Shown in pieces: positions 27,992-36,432 of a stretch of 38,880 nt of DNA. This DNA is from Gemmatimonadota bacterium. Its GTDB lineage: Bacteria > Gemmatimonadota > Gemmatimonadetes > Gemmatimonadales > GWC2-71-9. Made by a program: the position numbers and the translations under genes. The DNA is taken from assembly GCA_034439775.1 (NCBI GenBank), contig JAWXBA010000252.1:1-38880 (forward strand). Reading direction: 5' to 3'. A model generated the notes under the pieces. That model was not told the DNA's origin, did no database searches, and was given only the letters and a program-made list of their open reading frames with translations. Every line of letters starts with the position of its first letter. Within the stretch, counting starts at the first letter, position 1.

Positions 27992-28038
27992 GCGCAGAAG
28001 TTGAAGCGTGGGAAGGACTTGGCGGGGAACGAGCGGTC

Positions 28039-28650
28039 TCAGGTATAGCGGCGGATCACACCCACGACAACCCCCTGGATGAGGAGGTCGCGCTCCTGGA
28101 ATCGCATCGCCTGCATCTCCGGATTGGCTGGCTGGAGCCGCACCCAGCCGCCGGCCTCGCGATACAGCCGTTTGACGGTGGCCTCGGCGCCGTTCACGAG
28201 CGCGATAACCATCTCGCCGTTCTCGGCGGTCTGACGGCCGTGGACCACCACGACGTCGCCATCCATGATGTGCTCGTCGATCATCGACTGGCCGCGGACC
28301 CGGAGGGCGTAGTTGGGGCCGCGGCGGGGCAGCATCTCGTCGGGGACCGAGATGGTCTCCTCGTGCAGCGCCGATTCGATCGGCAGGCCGGCCGCGACCG
28401 CGCCGAGCAGGGGGATTTCACTGGCGCCGGCAATCCCGCGGGGAGGCAGGATCTCGATCGATCGCGACTCATTGTAGCTGCGCCGGATGAATCCCTTGCG
28501 CTCCAGGTTGCTGAGGTGTTCATGGACCGTGGCCAGGGACTGGAACCGGAACTGTTCGGCGATCTCCTCGAAGCTGGGGGCATATCCCTCGCGCTGGATA
28601 TGGTCTTGGAGATAATCGAGGATTTCGCGCTGGCGCTTGGTCAGTGGCAC
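28039..28650 (-). CDS. lexA: LexA repressor (SOS regulator)
   Basis: Frame of track ORF 28039..29046. Start at GTG 28650, preceded by GGGAGG (cctccc at 28655-28660). The N-terminus reads (M)PLTKRQREILDYLQDHIQREGYAPSFEEIA. The self-cleavage site AAG (LGAVAAGLP), Ser (RGQSM) and Lys (ATVKRLY) are all present. ~203 aa. Confidence 0.92.
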   Translation of the reverse strand: MPLTKRQREILDYLQDHIQREGYAPSFEEIAEQFRFQSLATVHEHLSNLERKGFIRRSYNESRSIEILPPRGIAGASEIPLLGAVAAGLPIESALHEETISVPDEMLPRRGPNYALRVRGQSMIDEHIMDGDVVVVHGRQTAENGEMVIALVNGAEATVKRLYREAGGWVRLQPANPEMQAMRFQERDLLIQGVVVGVIRRYT

Positions 28651-28866
28651 GGTGCCTCCCGAGACAGGATGGCGGGCAGCCGAAGAGAGCCCGAAGATGC
28701 AAGCTACCCGAAAGCTTCCCGAAGAGCAAGCGTCCCCTGGTGGCTCCTGGACCGGGGTGCACCTCCGGACCAAGCCATGTAAGTTTGTGGCATTCCTGCC
28801 CGTTTGCCTGCCGGCCAGTTGTTGCTGGGTGTGCCCGGCTGCTCTGCCTGCTCCGAAGGAGGATCC

Positions 28867-30552
28867 GTGACCCTGGTGCCCGAATCCACCATGATCAATC
28901 CGGCCTCGCAGGTGGCCGAACTGATTCGGGCCATGGTCAAGGCGTTTCGTGCCTTCCAGATGTACCTCCCCAACAATCCGGTCTACCAGCGCGCCGTGCA
29001 GGGTATGGAAGAGGCGTTCCCGCCGATCTGGGAATTTACCGATCACCTGGTGCTGGCGGTGGTCGAGTCCCAGGTCATCTGGGAACAGGAAGTGGTGTAT
29101 GAGGCCGAAAACCGTGCCGAGAGCTTTGCCTGGTTGATGTACAAGGATGGGCTCCGGTTCCTCACCCTCCGCCGTGGCGCGGAGTCCACCGAGGTGGCAG
29201 CGTTTCTCCGGGCGGTGAACCAGGCGCGGACCCTGACCCAGGATTCCGGGGATGACCTGCTGACCCTGCTCTGGGCAGAGGATTTCACCACCATCGATTA
29301 TCGCTTTGCCGAGGTGGTGAGCGAGGGACTGATGGTGCTCGACCCCCAGTCAGTGGATCTCGAGAGCCAGTATGGCCCGGGGGACGCCGCCGAGGTCATC
29401 CGCCAGGAGGTGGCCGAGGAACGGCCAGCCGGCGTGGTGACCCTCGATGACTTCGACTCGACCCTTTATTTCCTCGACGAGGCCGAAGTCGAGCAACTCC
29501 GGCGAGAAGCGGAATTGGAGTATTCGCGCGACGTGCGAGCCTCCGCGTTGGATGCGCTGTTCGATGTGTTCGAGCTCAATGAGGACGCGGAAGTGCGGGG
29601 AGAGATTCTCGGCATTCTCGATCTGCTCCTGCCGGGCCTCTTGGCCAATGGGGAGTACGGTGCCGTGGCCAAGCTGCTCCGCGAGCTGCGGGGGATGGCG
29701 ACCAGAATCCACCTGGCGTCCTCCCCGGTCGGGCCCAGGTTCGAGGCGTTCGAGGCCAATCTGAGCCAGCCGGAGATCCTCCGGCAGATCCTTGAATCGG
29801 TCGACGACGCCTCGGCGGCGCCCGAGGAAGCCGATGTGGGTGAGCTGCTTCGCGAGCTGCGCGCGCCGGCCCTGGGCACCGTGGCGGAGTTCGTGCCTCG
29901 GATGCGGCACCGTGCCATCCAGGCGGCGGTGTCGGCGGCGGTGGACCGCCTGGTGGGGATCCACCCGCGCGAGGCGATGCGCCTGCTCGAGGGGGGATCG
30001 GCCGATGTGCTCCGCGGGTTGATTCCCTCCGTTGGCCGGCAGCGGTTGCCGGTGGCGCTGCCGGTGCTCGGGACGATACTGGGTCGCGCCGAAGCAGACC
30101 TCCGCCTGGCCGCCGTGGAGGCGCTGGCGGTGGTGGGAACGCCGGGAGCGATGGGCTTCCTCGAGCGGGCCCTCGAGGACGACGACCGCGCCGTGCGACT
30201 CGCCGCGGTGACTGCGGTGTCGGCCCGGGGATGGAAGGGCGCGCTCAAGCAGCTCGAGGCCGTGATTGAGGGGAAGGGACGCGCCGACCTGGAGCCGTCC
30301 GAGCGGCGGCAGTTCTTCGAGGCGTACGCCCAGATCGCCGGCCCGACGGCCCTGGGCCCGCTGGCTGAGATCCTGGAACCGCGCGGCCTGTTCCGCCGCA
30401 AGGAGAGCCCGGAGACGCGCACCTGTGCCACCTACGCGGTGGCGCGCCTGCAGACCCCGGAGGCGTGGCGACTCCTGGAACGGATGGCGCAGGACAAGGA
30501 ACTCCCGGTGCGCAATGCGGCGTCGCGGGCGCTGCGGGCGCGGCCGGAATGA
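28867..30552 (+). CDS. HEAT-repeat protein with an uncharacterised N-terminal domain
   Basis: Frame of track ORF 28804..30552. GTG 28867 lies 4 nt after AAGGAGG (28856-28862); an alternative ATG is at 28891. The C-terminal third has HEAT/PBS-lyase-like repeats (LRLAAVEALAVVGTPGAMGFLERALEDDDRAVRLAAVTAV..., ...ELPVRNAASRALRA). Confidence 0.75.
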   Translation: MTLVPESTMINPASQVAELIRAMVKAFRAFQMYLPNNPVYQRAVQGMEEAFPPIWEFTDHLVLAVVESQVIWEQEVVYEAENRAESFAWLMYKDGLRFLTLRRGAESTEVAAFLRAVNQARTLTQDSGDDLLTLLWAEDFTTIDYRFAEVVSEGLMVLDPQSVDLESQYGPGDAAEVIRQEVAEERPAGVVTLDDFDSTLYFLDEAEVEQLRREAELEYSRDVRASALDALFDVFELNEDAEVRGEILGILDLLLPGLLANGEYGAVAKLLRELRGMATRIHLASSPVGPRFEAFEANLSQPEILRQILESVDDASAAPEEADVGELLRELRAPALGTVAEFVPRMRHRAIQAAVSAAVDRLVGIHPREAMRLLEGGSADVLRGLIPSVGRQRLPVALPVLGTILGRAEADLRLAAVEALAVVGTPGAMGFLERALEDDDRAVRLAAVTAVSARGWKGALKQLEAVIEGKGRADLEPSERRQFFEAYAQIAGPTALGPLAEILEPRGLFRRKESPETRTCATYAVARLQTPEAWRLLERMAQDKELPVRNAASRALRARPE

Positions 30553-32015
30553 GCGACGAATCCGCGGCGGCGCGCGGCGCCCTGCTGGATCCCCAGGACG
30601 GCTTCCTGCGGCAGACGGGGCGGCAATTCCTGGTCTCGCTGTACGCCGCGCTGCGGGCGCTGAAGTTCTATCCGGTCGAGAACACCGCCGTCCAGAACGC
30701 CCTCAAGGACCACGATGCGCTGGCAGCGATCCTGCTGGAGCGTTCGGGCGAGATCGAGGTCAGGCTCTCGGGCGATTTCATCTTTGTCAACGGCACCCGC
30801 CTCCGACTTGAACTCGCCAATTATGCCGCGTTTGGCGGGATCCTGACGACCCTTCGCGGCTTCGACATTGGACAACTGCGGGTGGCGCCCGGGGTGACGA
30901 TCCGGGAGTGGCAGGCGTTCCTGAGTCAACTGCTCAGTCTCAGTGCCATCGAGGACCCGGAGGCGCGCTTCTTTGCCCTGGCCGACCGGATGGCCCAGGC
31001 GGCGCTTGACCACATCGAGATCGTGCAGTCCACCGCCGTGGACGAGCTGGGCGATGAGGAACAGGCCCGGGCGATGGCGAAGCGGACCTACACGCAGGGG
31101 GTGGAGGTCACCAAGGAAGTCCTCAACTCGATCCGGATCGGGCGGTCCGCCAACATCCGGAAGGTGAAGCGCGCCGTCCAGATGATCGTGGACCAGGTCC
31201 TCACCAATGAGGCCTCGATCATCGGACTGACCACGCTGCGCGACTACGACGAGTACACCTTCACCCACTCGGTCAACGTCTGCATCTTCTCCGTGGCGCT
31301 CGGCCGGAAGATCGGATTCAGCAAACTCCAGCTTTACGATCTCGGGATGGCCGCCCTGCTGCACGACATGGGCAAGGCCGGGGTGGAGCTGTCGGTGCTC
31401 AACAAGACCACCAACCTGACCGAGGCGGAGTGGCGGCTGCTGCAGAGCCACCCCTGGCGGGGCACCATGGCACTGTTCCAGATGAGGGGGTATGACGGGG
31501 TACCGTATCGGCCGATCCTGGTGGCGCACGAGCACCACATGAAGACCGACCTGTCCGGCTACCCGCGCCATGTGCGGCCCCGAACCTTGGGATTGTTCAG
31601 CCGGCTGGTGGCGGTGGCGGACGGTTTTGACGCCGCCACCACCCGTCGCGCCTACCAGAACACGCCGCTGGAGCCCGACCAGGTCCTCCGGGAAATGTGG
31701 GAGAATCCCAAGCGGGGCTACGACCCGATCATGGTCAAGGCGATGATCAACCTGATCGGGGTGTATCCGGTGGGCACCTGTGTCATCCTGGACACCTTCG
31801 AGGTGGCGGTAGTCGCCTCGCTCAGCCCCGACCGTCAGCAGCTCAATCGGCCATCGGTCCGGGTCGTCCTCGATGTCCATGGCGGGCTGGTCGCTCCACC
31901 CGGCAAGCTGGTGGACCTGTCGGAGCCATCCCCCGAGGGCGGCTTCCTCCGCAGCATCGTGAAGGTCACCAACCCTGACCGGTACGGGATCGTTGTCGGC
32001 GACTACTTCCTCTGA
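30549..32015 (+). CDS. HD-GYP domain protein (putative c-di-GMP phosphodiesterase) with an uncharacterised N-terminal domain
   Basis: Frame of track ORF 30465..32015. ATG 30549 overlaps the upstream stop (ATGA). HD domain motifs: [19 protein letters not shown], and [14 protein letters not shown], which retains the GYP motif. Confidence 0.85.
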   Translation: MSDESAAARGALLDPQDGFLRQTGRQFLVSLYAALRALKFYPVENTAVQNALKDHDALAAILLERSGEIEVRLSGDFIFVNGTRLRLELANYAAFGGILTTLRGFDIGQLRVAPGVTIREWQAFLSQLLSLSAIEDPEARFFALADRMAQAALDHIEIVQSTAVDELGDEEQARAMAKRTYTQGVEVTKEVLNSIRIGRSANIRKVKRAVQMIVDQVLTNEASIIGLTTLRDYDEYTFTHSVNVCIFSVALGRKIGFSKLQLYDLGMAALLHDMGKAGVELSVLNKTTNLTEAEWRLLQSHPWRGTMALFQMRGYDGVPYRPILVAHEHHMKTDLSGYPRHVRPRTLGLFSRLVAVADGFDAATTRRAYQNTPLEPDQVLREMWENPKRGYDPIMVKAMINLIGVYPVGTCVILDTFEVAVVASLSPDRQQLNRPSVRVVLDVHGGLVAPPGKLVDLSEPSPEGGFLRSIVKVTNPDRYGIVVGDYFL

Positions 32016-34095
32016 CACCCGGCTCATCCTGTTCTGGGGCCGCTGCATGGCCTGGGGCGGGATCATTGTTCTGGCGTTCACGATCCTGGCCGACGGCCGC
32101 TGGATCGAGGCGCCGCTGGCCACCGTCGTCGCCGCCTCGGCGGTAGCCATGCTGCGGGCCATCCCGGTCCGGCTCAGCAAGTACTCCTACCTGACCCAGT
32201 CCGGCGTGGTAGCATTGGCGGGCGCCATCCTGGCCCCGTCCAGCAGCATTGTGGTGGGACTCTTTGCCGGCACCATCGCCGCCGATCTCGGCTGGCTGCG
32301 CAAGTCGTGGCGCGCCGCGGTCGTCAACTCCGGCCGCGAGGTCCTGGCCTTCGCGGCGGCGTTCGGCTGGTACGCGCTGGCGCTCCGGTTGACCGGCACG
32401 GCGGAACTCTCGGTCGACTTCCTCCCCGCTGCGGCCACCCTCGGGGCGGCGTGGTTCGTCTTCAGTCGCGGGTTGTTCTATCTCTCCCTCCTGGCCCGCG
32501 ACAAGTTGGAGGTCGGGGAGCGGCTGTTCATCCTGCGCTGGGAAATCGTGTCGTTCCTGGCGACGGTGGCGGCCACCGGCCTGGTGGTCTGGACCATCAC
32601 CGCCCTGGCGCCCACCGGGTGGGTGGCGATGGCACTCGCGATGGCGGTCCTCGGCCTCCTGTCGCGCACCCTGATGGAAGAGGCGATCGCCGCCGAGGAC
32701 CTCAGCAAGATCCACCTGGCCCAGGCAGCACTCACCACCACGGTGACGCTCCAGGCCGCGCTCGAGGAAATCGAGGTGCTGGCGTACCGACTGCTGGACT
32801 GGGGGGATCTCCGGGTCTACCGCGCTGGGGCGCGCCCGACCGAGTCCACCATGCTGTACCGGGCCCATGCCGGCCGGCCACGCCGCTATTCCCCCCATCC
32901 CGCGCTGGAGCCCTGGCGGGCCGAGGTCATCGCTGAGGGCAAGCTCCGGGTGGTGCCCGACACCCGCCGGGTGCCCGAGCTGGCCGACCTCGATGCCGCC
33001 ACCCGCTCCCTCGTGATCCAGCCGCTGCGCTTTGCCGATGAGATCATCGGGACGATCGAGGTGGAGCACCACAAGAACAAGGTCTTTGGCACCAGGGAAC
33101 TGGCGGCGATCAACGCGATCGCCGCGCAGGTCAGCACGGCAATTCATCTGGCCGAACTTCGCCGCCCGCTGGTGGCCACGGTGGACCAGATTACCGAGCA
33201 GGTCCGGGCCCTGGCCGGCGCCGCCGACGCGTTGCGCGCCTCAGCCGGAACACTCACCGCGGCGGCGGCGGGGATGCGCCAGTCCGTGGCGGCACAGGAC
33301 GCCTTTGCCCGGGCCGGATTGGATACCACGGCGCAGTTGTCGAAGCGTTCGCAGGAAACCGCCGAGGGCGGGGCTCGGGCCGCGGAGGTGGTGAGCCAGG
33401 CGGCCGCGGCTGCGGCACGTCACCGCATCGCCATCGGAGACGCGATCGGGCGGCTGGTCATGGCGGAAGCGTTCGTGACCGACAGCGCGCGCCAGGTGGT
33501 GCAGCTGGGAGCCGCCACCGCGAGGATCACCTCCTTCCTGGGCTCGATCCGGGAGATCGCCGAGCTGACCAACTTGATCGCCCTGAACGCCGCGATCGAG
33601 GCGGCCCGCGCCGGCCGCGAGGGACACGGATTTGCCGTGGTGGCGGAGGAGGTGCGCCGGCTGGCGCTCCAGAGCGAATCCGCCGCCGGCGAAGCCGTCA
33701 ATCTGGTTGGGGATGTTTCCACGGAGGTGGCTGCGATCGTGGCCCAGATGGAGCGGGGCCGGGCGGTCGTGGCCGGGATCGGGGACGCCAGCAAGGCCGC
33801 GGCGGGGGCGCTCGACGCCATTGTCGGGGCCACCGATCGTGCCGGGGAGGAGGTCCGCCAGATTGCCGACAGCGCTGCGGCCCAGGCCGAATCCAGCCGT
33901 CGGCTGGCCGACCAGATTGGCGGGCTGGCCCGGGCTTCGGAACGCACCCGTGGGGAGACAGAGGCACTGGCCGATCAGGCATCGGCCGCCGCCCGCGGGC
34001 AGGCGGAACTGGAACGAGCGATTGCCGAACTGGAATTGGTGGCGGCAAACCTGAACGCGTTGATGCGTCACTTTGCGGTGGGCACCTCAACTTGA
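31993..34095 (+). CDS. Polytopic membrane protein with a GAF domain and a methyl-accepting chemotaxis protein (MCP) signalling domain
   Basis: - Start is either TTG 31993 (23-nt overlap with the HD-GYP gene) or ATG 32047.
- The first ~240 aa contain several hydrophobic helices.
- GAF-like segment: ...[46 protein letters not shown].
- Highly conserved MCP hairpin: [38 protein letters not shown]. Confidence 0.8.
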   Translation: MSATTSSDTRLILFWGRCMAWGGIIVLAFTILADGRWIEAPLATVVAASAVAMLRAIPVRLSKYSYLTQSGVVALAGAILAPSSSIVVGLFAGTIAADLGWLRKSWRAAVVNSGREVLAFAAAFGWYALALRLTGTAELSVDFLPAAATLGAAWFVFSRGLFYLSLLARDKLEVGERLFILRWEIVSFLATVAATGLVVWTITALAPTGWVAMALAMAVLGLLSRTLMEEAIAAEDLSKIHLAQAALTTTVTLQAALEEIEVLAYRLLDWGDLRVYRAGARPTESTMLYRAHAGRPRRYSPHPALEPWRAEVIAEGKLRVVPDTRRVPELADLDAATRSLVIQPLRFADEIIGTIEVEHHKNKVFGTRELAAINAIAAQVSTAIHLAELRRPLVATVDQITEQVRALAGAADALRASAGTLTAAAAGMRQSVAAQDAFARAGLDTTAQLSKRSQETAEGGARAAEVVSQAAAAAARHRIAIGDAIGRLVMAEAFVTDSARQVVQLGAATARITSFLGSIREIAELTNLIALNAAIEAARAGREGHGFAVVAEEVRRLALQSESAAGEAVNLVGDVSTEVAAIVAQMERGRAVVAGIGDASKAAAGALDAIVGATDRAGEEVRQIADSAAAQAESSRRLADQIGGLARASERTRGETEALADQASAAARGQAELERAIAELELVAANLNALMRHFAVGTST

Positions 34096-34105
34096 GGAAG
34101 ATTCC

Positions 34106-34675
34106 TTGGACTTGACCGGTATTCCGAGCGGGCTGCGGCCCATCATTCCCGAGTGGGCGGTCATGACGCCGGCTCGCCTGAGCCACACCCACCGGGTGGC
34201 GGCCCTGGTGGACCGGTGGGCCGGGGCGATGTCGGCGCCTGAGTCCGAACGGCATCGCTGGCTGCGGGCGGTCTGGCTGCACGATGCCCTGCGTGACGCC
34301 CCGGAGGACCAGCTGGCCCGGTTGGCGCCGGGGACGTCGGGACCAGGGTACCTGCGCCATGGCCCCGCCAGCGCCGCCTTGGCAAAGGCCCATGGGGAGG
34401 ACGATCGGGGCGTCCTCGACGCGGTGCGATTCCACTCGGTCGGGCTGGCGGAGTGGGAGATGACTGGCCGGGTGTTGTACTGCGCCGACTACCTCGAGCC
34501 GGGCCGCAAGCATGACCAGGCGGCCCGGGCCGAATTGGCAGCCGCATTCCCCACCGATTCGCGTGCGGTGCTGGTCCAGGTCGCCGAGCGGCGCTTGCTG
34601 CACATCATTCGCTCCGGATGGCCAATCCAGGAGCCCACCGCTCGGTTTTGGAACAGTCTCGCGTCCGCGCCCTGA
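34106..34675 (+). CDS. HD-superfamily phosphohydrolase, YqeK-like
   Basis: Frame of track ORF 34073..34675. TTG 34106 lies 5 nt after GAGGAAG; alternatives are TTG 34073 and ATG 34163. Metal-ligand pattern: SHTHRVAAL ... AVWLHDALRD ... VRFHS ... YCADYLEPGR. Confidence 0.7.
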   Translation: MDLTGIPSGLRPIIPEWAVMTPARLSHTHRVAALVDRWAGAMSAPESERHRWLRAVWLHDALRDAPEDQLARLAPGTSGPGYLRHGPASAALAKAHGEDDRGVLDAVRFHSVGLAEWEMTGRVLYCADYLEPGRKHDQAARAELAAAFPTDSRAVLVQVAERRLLHIIRSGWPIQEPTARFWNSLASAP

Positions 34676-35088
34676 CCCTGCTCGCCCTGGCGGGCGGCGC
34701 GGCGGCGGTGGCGTGGTTGGGATCGCGGGTCGTCCTCCCGCAGGGTGGGGCGGATGCCCCGGCGCTGGAGGAAGTCCGGCGGGTGGTGCCCCGGGGAGAG
34801 CGGGTCGTGATCGAGGTGCTCAACGGATCCGGTCGGCAGGGTGCTGCCAGGATTGCCACTCGTGTCCTGCGGCGCGCCGGATTCGACGTGATCTACTTCG
34901 ATAACGCACCGGATCCCGTGGACTCAACCCTCGTGCTGGTCCGGCGGGGTGCTGCGGCGCGAGGCGGGTGGCTGGTCGAGGCGCTCGGCACCGGCCGCGT
35001 CGTCCTTGAAGAGGCTCCGGCACGCCGGGTGGACCTGACGGTCATCCTTGGCCCCGACTGGCAGCGGCCCAAGGGGGTACTCCCGTGA
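34618..35088 (+). CDS. LytR_C-domain protein (N-terminal membrane anchor)
   Basis: 156 aa. TM segment ALTLLALAGGAAAVAWL. It is followed by VVIEVLNGSGRQGAARIATRVLRRAGFDVIYFDNAP...VDLTVILGPDW, typical of the LytR C-terminal domain. ATG 34618 would overlap the HD gene by 58 nt, so the start is uncertain. Confidence 0.65.
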   Translation: MANPGAHRSVLEQSRVRALTLLALAGGAAAVAWLGSRVVLPQGGADAPALEEVRRVVPRGERVVIEVLNGSGRQGAARIATRVLRRAGFDVIYFDNAPDPVDSTLVLVRRGAAARGGWLVEALGTGRVVLEEAPARRVDLTVILGPDWQRPKGVLP

Positions 35089-36420
35089 TCAGCTGCTCCG
35101 CTCGGCTTGCGGCTGCACGATTCCGATCACCAGGTCCATCACATTGGTTCCTGTGGGGCCGGTGGTGAGGGTGGCCCGGATCGCCGCCAGCGCGGAGTGA
35201 CTGTCGTGGCCCGCCAGATCGGCTGCAGGATCTCGCCCCGCGGCCCCGATGGCCTGCCAGGTGGTGGGTTCGGCAAAGCCGCCCGCCGCAGGGGTCTGCC
35301 CGTCCCGACCGTCGGTGCCTGCCGCCAGTACCGTCACCGCACTCCCAGTTGTTCCGGCCAGGATCTCTGCCGCGGCCAACGCCAACTCCTGGCAGCGCCC
35401 ACCATGGCCGCCGGCAAGCGCCGCCACCTGCACCGTGGTCTCGCCACCCCAGACGATGCAGATGCCGCGCGCTCCTGGGTCTACCTGGAGCAGGTGCGCT
35501 GCTATTCGGCGACCCGCTGCGGCGGCCGGTCCGGACAGCGCCGGGGTCCCGGCCCGGGCGTCGAGCCCCAGATTCCGGGCGGCCCGCAGGGCGCCCTCGA
35601 TCGCGTCCTGGTTGGAGGCAATCACCTGCCCGCGCACCCCGGCCAGTCTCGGGTCGCCATCGGCGGGAGTCTCCGCCGCTCGGCCGCCAATGGTCTCGTC
35701 CAGCAGGCGTCGCACTCCCGATGGCATGTCGCGCCAGAGGCCGGCCTCGCCCAGAAAGGACTTGAGGTCCCCGGCACGATCGCCATCGGGGGAGCATGGG
35801 CCGGAGCCGATATCGGCCAACTCGCCACTCGGCACGTCGGCAATCGCCAGCACTTCGACCCTGGCGGGCACAAGCGCTGTGGCCAGCCGACCGGCGCCCC
35901 AGCGGGCACAGCGGCGGCGGATCCGGTTTACCTGGCCGATGGGAAGGCCGGAGCGGAACAGGAACTCCTGCAGGGCATTGAATTCTTCCGGTGCGAGCGT
36001 CTGGACCGGGGCCCCCACCAGGCTTGAGGTGCCGCCGGAAAGCAGCACGATGACCAGGTCTTCGGGTCGGCCGTCTTCCGCAAATCGTGCCACAGCGGCC
36101 GAGGCCTTGGCCGAGCGCGGACCGGGGAGCGGGTGGTCGCCGGGCACGATGACAAAGGCAGGGTCGGCCAGGATGGCCGCATGGGGTGGCACGACCAGGC
36201 CATCCCGGACACGGAGCCCCCGGTCAGCAAGAGCATCGGCGGCGGCTGTGGCCATCGCGACCGACGCTTTGCCAAGTGCCAGTATTCTGATCCAAGGCGC
36301 GCCGGTTACCTCGAGGGAGCGGATGGCGCGGTGCACCGCGGGGCCAGGAGCGACGGCGGCAACGGCCCCCGCAAAGATCTGCCCCAGCATGGCCCTGGCT
36401 GGGCGCGGCGGCCCTTTCAC
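35089..36420 (-). CDS. Glycerate 2-kinase / hydroxypyruvate reductase-like protein (DUF4147 + MOFRL family)
   Basis: 443 aa. N-terminus: IFAGAVAAVAPGPAVHRAI...ILALGKASVAMA. C-terminal MOFRL-like region: LAAGTDGRDGQT...PTGTNVMDL. Start is GTG 36420, with an alternative ATG at 36390. Confidence 0.85.
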   Translation of the reverse strand: MKGPPRPARAMLGQIFAGAVAAVAPGPAVHRAIRSLEVTGAPWIRILALGKASVAMATAAADALADRGLRVRDGLVVPPHAAILADPAFVIVPGDHPLPGPRSAKASAAVARFAEDGRPEDLVIVLLSGGTSSLVGAPVQTLAPEEFNALQEFLFRSGLPIGQVNRIRRRCARWGAGRLATALVPARVEVLAIADVPSGELADIGSGPCSPDGDRAGDLKSFLGEAGLWRDMPSGVRRLLDETIGGRAAETPADGDPRLAGVRGQVIASNQDAIEGALRAARNLGLDARAGTPALSGPAAAAGRRIAAHLLQVDPGARGICIVWGGETTVQVAALAGGHGGRCQELALAAAEILAGTTGSAVTVLAAGTDGRDGQTPAAGGFAEPTTWQAIGAAGRDPAADLAGHDSHSALAAIRATLTTGPTGTNVMDLVIGIVQPQAERSS

Positions 36421-36432
36421 GGAGAAGTGCTC

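Noticed and set aside
27955-28038. Purine or ZTP riboswitch, or another leader RNA, ahead of the pur genes.
   Set aside because: The pur genes are internal to the block with overlapping junctions. The only upstream spacer is 84 nt and holds a simple GC hairpin with none of the conserved riboswitch cores I can recognise.
28788-28807. Sigma-54-like TGGCAT ... TTGC upstream of the HEAT-repeat operon.
   Set aside because: The GG to GC spacing is 16 nt rather than the ~11 nt of the -24/-12 consensus. The alternative TGC at 28797-28799 is too close.
28651-29046. 132-codon N-terminal extension of the lexA ORF.
   Set aside because: The LexA N-terminus (PLTKRQREILDYL) starts at GTG 28650 with a GGGAGG SD upstream. 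The extension overlaps the HEAT-protein gene on the other strand and has no LexA-like sequence.
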